Source: Octopus vulgaris (lineage: Eukaryota). From it: a DNA stretch of 64,000 bases. The DNA lies in the NCBI GenBank assembly GCA_951406725.2, contig OX597838.1, positions 7,812,001 through 7,876,000 on the forward strand, written 5' to 3'. The position numbers and the translations under genes are program-made. This document shows, piece by piece, positions 26,117 through 41,612 of the stretch. Positions within the stretch are counted from its first letter, which is position 1; the number at the start of each line of letters is the position of its first letter. The notes under the pieces are model-generated. The model did not search any database, had not been told where the DNA came from, and was given only the letters and a program-made list of their open reading frames with translations.

Positions 26117-28301
26117 CACTGAGTACTGTATCCTTAGAGTAAATGCTAAGTGTCAACACTGGCTTGTATCATTCAAATCTGTACTGAGCCGGGTCATTCT
26201 CATTCCTACTGAGGTATCTTATTACAGTCACTCCCTGCTGACCTTTGGCGTTTCAACCAACCACTCAGCTGAGAGGTAAGTCATTCCATTTAACCACTAA
26301 GCAGTAATATTAAAACCATCATTCCTCAATGATCGTTTTTAACACTTTTGCTGGAAAATTGTAATCTCTGAATATTCCAGTAATTATGTTAAAATATCTA
26401 ACCAAAAACACAACTAGAATTGTCTGCATGTTTCGTTGTCACAGTAAACTTGACATATTCCAAAAGAAAGTAGGTTCAAATATAACCTTCCGCAAGAAAA
26501 TATTGATTGTTATGTAAACCAGCTTTCTGCAGATAAAAGTAATGAAATTGTGAGTGGATATATCTGATTATCGATGTAAATAGATTAAACGACAGGGAAA
26601 TGGGTGAGTCTTAGAAGATTTTGAAAACAGATAGATTTTGGAAAAAGATAGATTAAAGAATAACAGAGGAAATGTAACAATATAATAGCGAAACTGACGA
26701 CTAAAGAAGGTAAAGGAAGAAAGAAAAGAAAGTGAAGTGCATTGCGAGGGTGTTTGTTGAAAGACAACCGCATTTGATAAACTGAAAAAGTATCAAGTAA
26801 TTAACGACTCAGGGAGAAATAGTAACACAGAATAAGAAAACGGAAGATATACTCGAAGTTTATACAGTCATGTGACCGGAAGCTTTCTGTCTTTAGCTCT
26901 ATCACTCTAATTTAACGAAAATAGTAATTTGGAATATGCTCATATAAATCCATGACAATTTAAGCGGGCGATAATAGGTTAGTATAATGAAAATAACTAC
27001 TGAAGTGCGGCAGTATATTTCTTTATTATTCTATTTCATTTTTGTTTTGTTTTTTTTGTTTTGTTTTTTTATTCTTTTCTTAATTTTATTCCTTTGCTTT
27101 CTAAGTATATAAATACTAAAAGCTTCGTATCGTCAGTGTTTTTCTTTGGAAAGGTTAAACACGAAGAAAACAGGGGAACAGACAATAGTGCGTAAATACT
27201 AGATTAAAATCCCTTTCGCTAGAACTCTTGCCAGGTTTATAGGAAATGTGGGTTTGTGTCCCAAGGTCCCAAGGACAGCCTTTGACACTTTATATCCAAA
27301 TGATTTCTAACCGAATATTTACGTGCTGTTATTTACTGCTTTCGAGAGAAACCGTTCCAAATTAGAAACATTTCTTGTTTCAAAATTCTTATAACGCTAA
27401 GGCGTTTCGAGGACTTCAGCAGCCCAAAAATACAGAGATAGAATATATTATACAGTATTATTCTCTAAACTAACATACCGTCATGGGGCCGGGAAGATTT
27501 CAATCCATTTATAACTTGTAGTAATTTTGTTTTTACTCGAATAAATCCACGTCACTTTAAACGGGCGGGTATTAGGTTAGTACAAACATAATAACTACTG
27601 AAGTGTTACAGTAACTTCATCTGCCTTTCTCTATTATTTTTTGTTTTGCTTTGCTTTGCTTTTTTATTTGTTTATTCTTTGTTAATTTTCTATATTCAAA
27701 ACTTTGGTATTTATATAAGCATAGTTTGAAAATAATATTAAAATCACTGAAACTATGTAATCGAATGATAAAAATATAAATTATGGAGAGAGCATATCCA
27801 GATGAGTCGATAGAGAGAAATATAGAAAGTGAAAGAGAGAGGGAGAGAGAGAGAGAGCGAGAGAGAGAAAGAGAGACAGACATACAGACACTGAGTAAAT
27901 ATAACATACAGTAATATTTTCAAATTTATAATTCTATCACGAGTGTAGGAACACTTAATCTGTCAATCCATTATTCCACCTGTCATATTAGATAATAAAT
28001 TCCGTCACTTTAAACGGGCGGGTATTAGGTTAGTACAAACATAATAACTACTGAAGTGTTACAGAAATTTTCTTTGACGTTTGATTTTTTTTCTTTTCGT
28101 TTTTATTCATTTATTCACGTATTTATTTATTTATTTTCACTGTCTTAATTTTATTACTTCGCTTTCTAAATATTTATCAGGAAAAAAAATTTTAAAAACC
28201 TTTGTATTTATATATCCATAGTTTGGCAAAAAAAAAATTAAATTAAATTAAAAAATAAAGTTAACATTATAATTGAATTACAAAAACAAAAAGTAAATTC
28301 T

Positions 28302-28349
<48 letters not shown>

Positions 28350-28423
28350 AGAGAGAGAGAGCATGCCCAGAAGAGTTCAACAGCACATTACAGCCAATCA
28401 GAAATTAGAGTTCAGACGAAAAT

Positions 28424-29190
<767 letters not shown>

Positions 29191-29591
29191 AGTGTGGTCA
29201 TTGTGCTAATGGCGGGGATGTTGGCAGTAGGGGTACGGGTGTTTGTTGTGTTGCTGGTGGCGGTGGTAGTGGAAGTGGTGCTCAGATAGAAGTGAAGTTA
29301 GCTTTTAAAGTTTTGCAATTGTTGAGGTTATTCAACTGCACCTCCCAAAACTTTAGCCACATCAGAGGCGTTCCAGCCATGACTACATCGTCTATTTTTC
29401 TGGCTCTCTGCAATTTCTTAAAAAAATTCTTTTTTTTTTTTTGCCGACAGCAAGAAAATTAAACTGCTATTTCTAGCAACTGTGTAGAGCAAACAGAATG
29501 GAGAGCCTTGATGTTTCCTAACTGCCCTGCCCGTCCCGTGCGGCCTGCTTCCCGAAAACATATCGCACGGGTCTGATGTAGCAGAGTGGTC

Positions 29592-30175
29592 AGGTGGCGA
29601 GCTGGCAGAATCGTTAGCGCGCCGGGCGAAATGCTCTGTGGTATTTCGTCCGCCGCTACGTTCTGAATTCAAATTCCGCCGAGGTCGACTTTGCCTTTCG
29701 TCATTTCAGGGTCGATTAAATAAGCACCAGTTGCACACTGGGGTCGATATAATCGACTTAACTCGTTTGTCTGTCCTTGTTTGCCCTCTCTGTGTTTAGC
29801 CCCTTGTGGGTAGTAAAGAAATAGGTATTTCGTCTGCCGCTACATTCTGAGTTCAAATTTCGCCGAGGTCGACTTTGCCTTTCATCAATTCAGGGTCGAT
29901 TAAAGAAGCACCAGTTACGCACTGGGGTCGATATAATCGACTTAACCCGTTTGTCTGTCCTTGTTTGTCCTCTCTGTGTTTAGCCCCGTGTAGGTAGTAA
30001 AGAAATAGGTATTTCGGCTGTCGCTACGTTCTGAGTTCAAATTCCGCCGAGGTCCACTTTGCCTTTCATCCTTTCGGGGGTTGATAAATTAAGTACCAGT
30101 TACGCACTGGGGTCGATATAATCGACTTAATCCCTTTGTATGTCCTTGTTTTTCTCATCTATGTTTAGCCCCCGA
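29592..30175 (+). mobile_element. SINE family A trimer: one head plus three tandem 184-bp bodies
   Basis: GTATTTCG body start at 29641, 29825 and 30009. Confidence 0.92.
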
Positions 30176-30599
30176 AATAAATAAATAAGTTGCTTAGCTC
30201 GTTGTCACTTGGCCATATAATATTCATCGGAATTCTAGGGCGGCCAACTGGGAGAATCGTTAGCACGCCGGGCGAACTTTCTACCGATGTTTTTAATGCA
30301 ACACATTTCCTTACCAGCTAAGTTCACATAATTTACATCGCAGTGTATACTGCATACGAAAAGATTAGTATTTCAGTCACGATCAAATATTAAACTGGTT
30401 GATAGAAAGAAATCTTGTCAGAAAGATACAAAACCCTTCAAGAGTAAGCAAAGTTTTGATTCAGCTGTTAATGAATCGTGTCTGTTGCTTCCAGGAATTC
30501 AATGGTAACATCTATTGTAAGCTTTGTCGTATCATCTTTCTGTCATCATTCATTTTTTTCCATTGTTAATTGTTCTTATATATATATATACATATAATA

Positions 30600-30630
<31 letters not shown>

Positions 30631-30947
30631 AATATATATATATAAATAAGTAAGTAAATAAATATATATTTTTATATTTGAAATATTCCTGGATGCTGCT
30701 GTCTTATGAAGTTTTCCTGTCTTATCGTTGAAATACCGAAACAAGTAGTAATAAATAGTCCGACAACTGAGGAGGAGTTAGACTTCGTTTGGTATTGTGT
30801 CGAGTACTTATCTCTGTCTGTTTACGTATTTTTCGCTCGTTTGTGATATCCTGTATCTAATGTGTATTATTTATACTTTTTGTGTGTTTGTGTGTTTACG
30901 TAGTTTTCACTCACTGTTGATGTCTGTACTTAATGTGAATTTTTAAT

Positions 30948-31035
<88 letters not shown>

Positions 31036-31162
31036 GATACAAACTGGGACAAGAACGCAAAACATTTAGAAGACGATACAAAAAAACACGGACGGGACAT
31101 TCAAAGCCTTCAATCTTCAGTCAAGAACCGGATCATCATCGCAATTTCGGCTGTGTGTGTGT

Positions 31163-31221
<59 letters not shown>

Positions 31222-31534
31222 ATGTTAGGTCATGCTTACTGTTACTTGTAACATTTAATCTGTTTCAAATTTTTGCATGATTTGAACGTCGACAACTAAA
31301 CAGGCAAACATCTTGCTAACGCTCCTTCGTAAGACATGTAGTTTCTGTCGGACCCCACGCAGGAGGAAGAACAGAAGCTGTCACATGATGGGTGACGGTA
31401 TGATGCTATTTTCATTCTACTAACACCATTATGTTGTTTGTATTCCGCACACTAGCCTATCCTTTGGTTTCGTGGCTCTCATCTGAATCCATTGCTTACA
31501 GAATTGAACTGTCGGCCGTTTGGTTACGTGTTAA

Positions 31535-31566
<32 letters not shown>

Positions 31567-31607
31567 CTATGTGCACATACGCGCGCCGATTTCTCCCTCT
31601 CCCTCTC

Positions 31608-31652
<45 letters not shown>

Positions 31653-31829
31653 ATATATATATATGTGTGTGTGTATGTATATGTATGTATGTATGTATGT
31701 ATATAGATAGCCAGATAAACACTAAGTCAATGGTGTGAGTATGTATTACGTTAGACTTAGTCACACGCAATCATATGCGTATATACAGGGAGAGAGGACC
31801 ACAGAGATTAAGAGAGAGAGAGATTATAC

Positions 31830-31869
<40 letters not shown>

Positions 31870-32439
31870 TGTACATAAATGATGATGCCCAATATTTCGT
31901 AAATGTAAATATGCGTAACTGCGCGTGTATAACGTACATCTATACACGTTACAAACACACGTATTCTTCCACAAATATACACATAATACACTCTCCAATC
32001 TGTTTGGCTTGTGTATATATATATATATATATATATACGTGCGTGTGTGTTTGTATAGCATCATACATATGCACTTAATTATATATGTGTACATATACAC
32101 ATAGAGAGAAAAATATGAAAAGCACCAATGCCTGCGTGTGTATGAACTTTATCTATAATAAATTTTCAAATTACAAAATAAAATGTGAGATAAATATTGC
32201 AAAAAGCGTTGGCATATGGAACAAACAAAATCGTATTGAATTTAGTACCAAAACGACTTTAACGTTATCATATTAATATTTTAATATACATCTAATAGGA
32301 TATGAAAATATATCAATTACTTATTTAAAAAATAATATTAAACTTTAGACATTATTTATTTATGATGTTGTTTATTTATGCCACGATGAAAGCTAACTAT
32401 AAAGAGCGTTTTGATATGCTAGAAATCAGTTGAATAGCT

Positions 32440-32790
32440 GTGTACTGTAGAGAAGTGCTGAGAAGAGGTAATGTCTTAGCTAGATGTAGATTCAAAGATG
32501 CCCGACGGGTAGACAATACTAGTGCAAATATTCCTGGGAATGGGGAAAAAGTTTTTGGAGTTTATTATTGGTGCTGCCGTATTATTGATGGAGAAATAGA
32601 TGATGTAATTGAAATAAGTGGAGAATTATGTGTGACGGCAATTAACATCAGGCATGTAATGGAAGATGTAAAGGGGAATATATTTTTATGGTATTACGAT
32701 TGAAAAGGTATTTACATTTTTTTTGAGTTCTGTGAGTAAATGGATTCACTATTGGAAATAGAATTAGTCGAGAAAATTCAGCAATTTTTT
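32440..32790 (-). pseudogene. Degraded Penelope-like RT-linker/GIY-YIG fragment
   Basis: Minus-strand frames read KYLFNRNTIKIYS, YMPDVN and PIPRNICTSIVY, resembling the Penelope/Poseidon pattern IFNRNTVKVSYSCMPN...CPL.G.C....IVY; frameshifted. Confidence 0.5.
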
Positions 32791-33028
32791 CATCTATTGA
32801 TTGGGTTCGCCGATATTGAATGTGACGTTTGGGCGGAGCTGAATAGACGCTAACATTTGGCGCGACCGACTGAGAATTCAGCCTGTTTTAGGGACAGTAG
32901 GCTTTAGACTGGAAGCAAACTCACAGACATGCATGAGGGATCAGGAATATGCACAAATAGATAATGAGAAAGAAAGGAAAAGATGGGGTAACGACATTAG
33001 AGGGTAAGTCTAAAAGGGTAAAGAAAAA

Positions 33029-33351
33029 AGCCTTCGGTCATGAATGACCATGGGATTGAACTTAGAAAATTACGCTCCGTGGCACAAGTATGGACAAGGT
33101 TGCTTATGGTAGACCAGCAGTCGCCCATGCATATCAGCCTCTACTCTCCACGCCATCGATGTTATCCAAAGGAAAGGCAAAGGCCGATACAGCTTGGCAC
33201 CAGTGACACGTCGCAACTTTGCTACAGCTGAGTGAAATGGAGCAATGTGGAATAAAACGTCTTGCTCAAGAACAAAACACACAGCCCGATACGGGAATCG
33301 AACTCTCTAGCTCGTGGTTGTGAGCCCGACGCTCTCACCACTGAGCCATGC
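33029..33351 (-). mobile_element. tRNA-derived CORE-type SINE (distinct tail)
   Basis: Minus strand GCATGGCTCAGTGGTGAGAGCG...GAGTTCGATTCCC...TTCTTGAGCAAGACGTTTTATT. Confidence 0.8.
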
Positions 33352-33584
33352 GTTTTCGCTAACGTCATTATGCATACGCACATAGATAGTTGATTACACC
33401 TATAAACAGAGAGAAAGGGAGGGGGAGGGAGGGAGGAGAGGTAGAGACATTGCACAGATATACAAAGATATACAAAACATATATATATACTAACATGTCT
33501 ATGTAAATAGAAGTACGCATATATGTGTACGAACGCGCGAGAGTGTGTGTGTGTATGTGTGTGCGCACGCGCATGAATGTGTAG

Positions 33585-33730
33585 TTGAGATTTATAGAAA
33601 AACAAAAGACGAAGGCAAGTGTAGGAACTACAAGCAAATGTAGTAGCTTGACGCTGTGGAAAAAGGAAAAAGTCTTTAACGTTTCGAGCCTACGCTCTTC
33701 AAAAGAAAGGCATAAGAGAAAATAAGGGAA
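33585..33730 (-). mobile_element. Hammerhead-bearing repeat family H1 (degenerate core)
   Basis: Minus strand CTTT-CTTTTGAA-GAGCgtagGCTC-GAAA-CG-TT-AAAG at 33674-33709. Confidence 0.65.
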
Positions 33731-33738
33731 AGATAGAT

Positions 33739-34345
<607 letters not shown>

Positions 34346-34927
34346 GAAGCACAGTAAAGATTTACCAGTCAGAACGGAGCCAGTAAAGTCTAAAAATTTG
34401 CGAAATAACAGAATTAGGTAGAAGATAAAAGAGCAGAACAAAAATAAATGAATCTCGTTGATTTGATGGATGTTGATGCGAATGTGCCAGATTTTAATTC
34501 CATCGGAAACATATTGGTTTTAATCAAAGACAATGTATTGAATGAAAGACCATTAAGTCGAAAATAGCGTAAATTATGCTAGGTCAACAAAATTAACTCA
34601 ACGACCAGGCTGTACGTTTGGCGAGATGTTTCTCTTTTTGTACGTGTGTGTGTGTGAAGAGTGTGTGTTGACGTCGGTATGTGTGTGAACGTTATTGTGT
34701 GTGTGAGCCTGTGTTTGTGTGTGCATTTTGTGTGTATAGATGTGCGTATATATGTGTGTAAGTGTACGCGCCCAGTATGTCTGTACGTACATACACACAC
34801 GTATCTGTTTACGTACGTAAAAAGGCTTAGATATCTATATATATGTGTATATATATATGTACAAAAAAATATATTTGCATATATATATGTATATATATAT
34901 ATGTATGTATACAAAAAAATATATATT

Positions 34928-34965
<38 letters not shown>

Positions 34966-35062
34966 ATTTTTTAGGTATATATACATATGTGTGTGTATGC
35001 GTGTGTATGTATGTGTGCATATCCGTATGTATATGCAAATATGTAGGTACGTATAGAGGAAC

Positions 35063-35106
<44 letters not shown>

Positions 35107-35181
35107 TGCATATAAATACATACACACATATACATGTATTTATATATATGTATATATATATATGTGTGTGTGTGTATGTAT

Positions 35182-35242
<61 letters not shown>

Positions 35243-35665
35243 GATACACAGACATCTTTGTGTGTGTGATTATGGAGGAGAGAGGGAGAAAGTGTGAGAG
35301 AGAAGTGAGGAACCTACGTATATTCAACACACGCGAACACACACATATCAAATGTTAGAAACATATACGTACACATTAACGCACTTACGCACGCATACAC
35401 ACACACACGGCGGTGATCGAACGCTTCCCTATAATGTACTGACCGACATACGGAATAGAAAAAAACAAACTATCATTACCATTATTCTAAAAATGTTAAA
35501 TAATTCAATAATGTAAGAAAATGGTTTTAGGTCAGTGCTTAGGTGTCTGACCAATTTCTTCTAATGGATCAAAGGAATTAATTTACTTGCAGTACGTTTT
35601 CTTACCATCTCCTCCCCACTCAATTTGTGCGCATATATATATATTCTTCTTTATATAAAAGTATA

Positions 35666-35707
<42 letters not shown>

Positions 35708-35749
35708 TATATACATATATTTACAGATATATACATATATAAATATATC

Positions 35750-35815
<66 letters not shown>

Positions 35816-36166
35816 TAGATAGATAGATAGATATAGATATATATATGTATATATACATATATATATATATACATATATGTATGTATATATTTACATATAT
35901 GTGTGAATATATGTATACATATATATATAGTTATACATATATATACATATGTATGTATAAATATATATATTCATATATATAGTTTTACATATATATATAT
36001 ACATGTATATATACATATGTATATATACACATATATATATATATTTTTTTTTGTATACCTATATAATTAGAACAAATATATATATATATATACACATACA
36101 TAGAGAGGGGGAGAAAGAGATAGGTGTATCTGTGCATATATGTATGTGATTGTATCTGTGTAAATG

Positions 36167-36201
<35 letters not shown>

Positions 36202-37169
36202 TTCGTTTTCGTGTTTATATGTGTGTATTTATATGTGTATGCATGCACGTACGTACATTCGTGCGTCTGTATGTCAGTATAATTATTTGAAATACAAGAA
36301 TCGATATTACAGAAGTTTTAACTTCCCATCTAATGAATCAGCGAAGAGAAGAAATATGTCTTCTAGTATATAGCAGTCCGGTGAAAAGTGTTCGTGAGTT
36401 AAATAACGGGAGAGTCCGAGTTACTTAATGATCGGTAGATTTTGTTCAAATAGTTAGACTTGATAAGTGTCTGAAGTTTGTAAATAAGTGCTTCTTAAAC
36501 TTTGATAATTATCGCACCTCTATATATGCTTATATATAGGTGGACACAAACATGTAAGGATGTTATTACCCAAGGTTGTAGGTGCAGTGGCTGCCTTTGT
36601 TGCATGTATAGAAGTTTGCACAAATATTAATAGCATCTTCTGAACTATATGTGTGTTTATGTGTGGTTGAGTATGTGTTTGTGTATGTGAGAGCGTAATA
36701 TTCGACGGGGGTCTTTCACAAGGTTTTGGTCGGCTCGAGCCTACAGTAGAAAATATATGCCCGCGGTGCCATGCAATGCGACTGAACCCGAAACCAGATG
36801 GTTGTAAAGGAAGATTCTTTCCATACAGCCATGCGGTGAGCTGGCAGAATCGTTAGCACTCCGGCTAAAATGTTTTAGGTACTTCGCCCGTGTTTACGTT
36901 CTAAGCGGTCGACTTGGAGTTTCGTCTTTTTGTGATCTGTAAATTAAATACCTGTTGAATACGTGGGACGATGTAATCAAATTACGCCCACATCTGGTAT
37001 CGCTGACCTTGTACCAAACTTTGAAGCCATTGCTGATATTTGATAGGACAGAGACTCTTGAAATAAATAGTTTGAAGAATTATTCGTTGTGGGATGCTAC
37101 AAATTGTTGATCGTTCGAATAGATTTTGTGAAATGTTATAGAATTATTCACTGAAATGTTATAGAATTA

Positions 37170-37272
37170 AGGCGGCGAGCTGGCAGAAACGTTAGCACGC
37201 TGGACGAAATGCTTTTGTCTGTCCTTGTTCGTCCTCTCTGTGTTTAGCCCCTTGTGGGTAGCAAAGAAATAG
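37170..37272 (+). mobile_element. Internally deleted SINE family A with flanking duplication
   Basis: Head joined directly to tail; GTTATAGAAT(T)ATTCACTG on both sides. Confidence 0.8.
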
Positions 37273-38481
37273 TTATAGAATATTCACTGCGAACCACATG
37301 AATTATAATAACTGGAGATTTTGTTAGCATTTATAAACAGGCAGGAAAGCAGTGCTTATGTTCCTCCACAGGGCTTCCAAATCTGATAGGAGATTGGAAG
37401 GTAGTGCCAATTTGGAAAATGAACTTGAATATTGTAACAGAGGGAAGCTCACCGACGAAGGCATCCCAGGCGCCATGCGGGGTTATTAAATTGGATGATA
37501 TATCAAATCTGAAAGCCATGTAGATCCTGGAGAGGATTTGATCTTAGGACACGAAGAACGGGAATAAATATCCCTAAGCAAACAATCCGATGCTCTTTCT
37601 GTTCAGCCGATCTCGAAATGATGAAAGATAAAGTTTAGTTTTAGGGCGATTTGAACTCCGAGCGCAGTGAGTTAGAACAAGCGCCGTGAACATTCTGCGA
37701 TAAACTCTGCCATTTTACTGACTTATTTATGTGTATTGAAGTTTGAATTGTTGTTGTATATATATATATGTACAGATACACACACACATGTATTGGTACC
37801 TTGCATAAAATTTCAAATGCGAAAATTTCAAAGCACTAGACCAAAGTAGCAGCCAGGTCAATTATCTTTAACGAGACCTACTTGAGGACAAAACTGCGTT
37901 GATGCCAATACCATTATTTCATCGAGTTATTTCGGAGGAGTGAAATTTTAAGAATATCATGCAGACCATCCCCACGATGTTCGCCATTAACCAAAGATTT
38001 ACAGCTGACAGGAATCTTGTACAATTTGCGATATTCTGGCGAAAATAAAAGCCATTTATTTCTATTTTACTTTACCAGTAACGCTAAAATTTCCAAAGTT
38101 TTACAGTAGAAATTGCGAAGTATTTCATTAAAATGATGGTAGTTCTAAGTGCAAAAGGCATCCGTTCTTTAAGTGTGTTTCGTCCCCATCTTATGATGGG
38201 TTCGACATGGAGTTCACAGGAGTTTAATGGAGTTCCTGGTAGTGTTTTATGGGATAAGTAAATACAGGTTGTAGCGGCCGGTTGTAGCAAATTTACAATG
38301 TTAAATTAAAATGATCGGAGGATTTATATTTTCAAATAAAGCAAAATCGTGTGTATACAAGCATACACGGAAAGACGAAAAGACACAAAACACATGATTA
38401 CATAATTACAATCATTTATATATATATATATGTATGTATATATATATATAAATGTATGTGTATATATATATATATATATAC

Positions 38482-38606
<125 letters not shown>

Positions 38607-38674
38607 CATATATATATATAAAATGCTAGGCCACTGGTTTTAATTGATTAATATCAATTTCTAACCTTATTTAA

Positions 38675-38734
<60 letters not shown>

Positions 38735-38943
38735 CATATATACGTTTCTACTCTAGGCACAAGGACCGAAATTTTGGAGGAGGGACCCAGTCAGTTAGAT
38801 CGACCCCAGCACGCAACTGGTACTTAATTTATTGACCCCGACAGGATGAAAGGCAATGCTGCAGTATAGTCAAACCAGTTTACAGAAGAAAAGAAAAAAT
38901 AATGAATATACAAGTATTTATATTTTACACTCAAATACAAGTA

Positions 38944-38988
<45 letters not shown>

Positions 38989-38989
<1 letters not shown>

Positions 38990-39358
38990 GTGTGGTAAGT
39001 AGCTTGCTAAACAACAACATGGTTCCGGGTTCAGTCCCACTGCGTGGCATCTTGGGCAAGTGTCTTCTGCTATAGCCCCGGGCCGACCAATGCCTTGTGA
39101 GTGGATTTGATAGACGGAAACTGAAAGAAGCCTGTCGTATATACATATATATATATATGTGTGTTTGTGTGTCTGTGTTTGTCTCCCTAGCATTGCTTGA
39201 CAACTGATGCTGGTGTGTTTACGTCCCCGTTACTTAGCGGTTTGGCAAAAGAGACCGATAGAATAAGTCCCGGGGTCGATTTGCTCGACTAAAGGCGGTG
39301 CTTCAGCATGGCCGCAGTCAAATGACTGAAACAAGTAAAAGAATAAAAGAATAAAAGA
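38989..39358 (+). mobile_element. SINE family B, near full length
   Basis: Reverse complement of 25148-25563; (GAATAAAA)n tail. Confidence 0.92.
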
Positions 39359-40144
39359 ATATATATATATACATACATATATATAAATATATATCCATAT
39401 ATATGTATATAAATATACATATATATACGTATATACGCATATATATGTCTGTATACATATATACACACATACATTCACATACATACATGTGTGTCTATAG
39501 CTATATATGTGTATTGTCATAGTTTCAAAACTTGTTTCCATGGATACCAGTCATACACTCTCACGCTTTGATTCTTGTAATATATCGTTCCATTCTATTA
39601 CGTCACAGTCTTCAAGAACACGTCACTGATGAGTTTCAATTATTTCACATTACTTATTGTTACCCTAGATAATTCTGAAAATTTCCTAGTTTAAAATGCT
39701 GCTTTGTATAAGTCTTGGCATCTTTGATATATGTGATTAGGTGAGACAATCGCTGCACTGACGACGGTTATTGAGTCAGGAACATGTATGTACAACAGTC
39801 TTCTTATCTACACATAATAAAACCTTTTTTGTTTACCCTGACATCTCAAGTGTGGAGAATTCTTGATTTTCTCCTACCCTTCCTGTTTGGAATGGTCTGA
39901 ACGACTTTTGGTTATTATGATACATCCCCTAGTAGGGGAATAGTTCAGATAATTTCAATTAAACCAGAATTTATGTTGTATGGTATTCGATATACCTGTA
40001 TTTGTCTAAGTTTGTTTAAATAATATATGCCAATGGTTTCTTTGTGTTATTTCTCTTAACGTAGCCCATTCTTGTTCATATATGTGTTCTTGTGTGCATA
40101 TGTATATCTGTGCAGATGTATCTGTGTGTGTATATGTATGCATG

Positions 40145-40178
<34 letters not shown>

Positions 40179-40382
40179 TATATGTATGTATGTATTTATG
40201 TATGTATGTACGCATGTATGTATGCATATATGTATATATGTATGTATGTATGTATGCATGCATGTCTGTCTATGTATGTATGCATGTATGTATGTATGTA
40301 TGTATGTATATATATGTATGCATGTATGTATGTATGTATGTATGCATGCATGTCTGTCTATGTATGTATGCATGTATGTATG

Positions 40383-40418
<36 letters not shown>

Positions 40419-41499
40419 TGTATGTATGTATGTATGTATGCATGCATGCATGAATGTATGTATATATATGTATGCATGTATGTATGTATGTATGTATGTA
40501 TATAATGGGTTCTGCGTCTTTCCCACAGGCGGCATAATGGTCATTATGAATATGACAAGAATTAACCAATGGAAACATGAAGATCTAGAAGAGACAACCC
40601 GCATCTATATGGAAACTGACCAATGAATGAAGAAGCATTTGGCAAGATTAAAGCGACAATGAAATAACATTAGCACTTTAAGCCTCTGATGTATCTTATT
40701 GTTTAGTTTTACTGGTGCATCATATAAATATTACCAATAAAATCAGGTTTTTAAAAGCTTTCTTTTGTTTTTCTATGATGCAAATTTGTGCATGATCGTA
40801 TTGTTTATATCTGATAGCTTTACATGTCTACATTTCTGTTAGAATGCTAACGCATAGGTCTTTCATCTTCTTTACATAAGAGAAAGAGGACGTCGCTCTT
40901 CTCTTTTTGTCGCTTATGAACCTATATTGGTGATTCGGGTTACGATTTTGAAAGCTGTTTCCTACATAACTAACCTTAAGTCTGAGGTCAGTAAAACAAG
41001 AATCGTATAAATTCTACTAACCTCTCGTGTTATGTGGTAATTGAAAAAACCATTGTCGTCACAATTTGGATATCAATTAAACAATCACCAACAAAAAGCA
41101 TTTTTCTAAACTTCAACAAAGAATACTCACTTCACACAGCTTCAAGTAGGTTAGATGCGAAAGAATTCAGAAAATGTGCCGAAACAAATGATGTTGACAT
41201 GACCAAAATAACATATTAGTAAGACAGTCTAGCGTGGAGGGCTTCACTGCAGAAAACTTTCAGACCTGATGTATGATCTGTGTGTGTGATGTATGTTTGG
41301 TATGATTACGTCCGCGTAACTTAGCGGTTCGGCAAAAGAGACCGAGAGAATAATAAGTAATAGGCTTAAAAAGAATAAATCCTGGGCTCGATTAGTTCGA
41401 CTAAGGACGGTGCTCCAGCATGGCTGCAATCAAATTACTGAAACAAATAAAAGAATAGAAGGTTATACATAGAGATAGATAGATAGATAAATAGATAGG

Positions 41500-41560
<61 letters not shown>

Positions 41561-41612
41561 GATGGATGGATAGATAGATAGAGAGAGAGGTAGATAGATA
41601 GTTAGATAGATA

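Noticed and set aside
30690-31153. Further hammerhead-like halves (CCGAAACAAGT near 30736; CCGAAATTGCG on the minus strand near 31140)
   Set aside because: Probably related repeat ends, but a full core with stems could not be assembled
31341-31400. Possible small exon (CTAAC...TAG acceptor, GT donor)
   Set aside because: Weak polypyrimidine tract and no recognisable peptide; cannot be supported without RNA data
39625-39650. CTGATGA hammerhead core
   Set aside because: No stem II or GAAA follows
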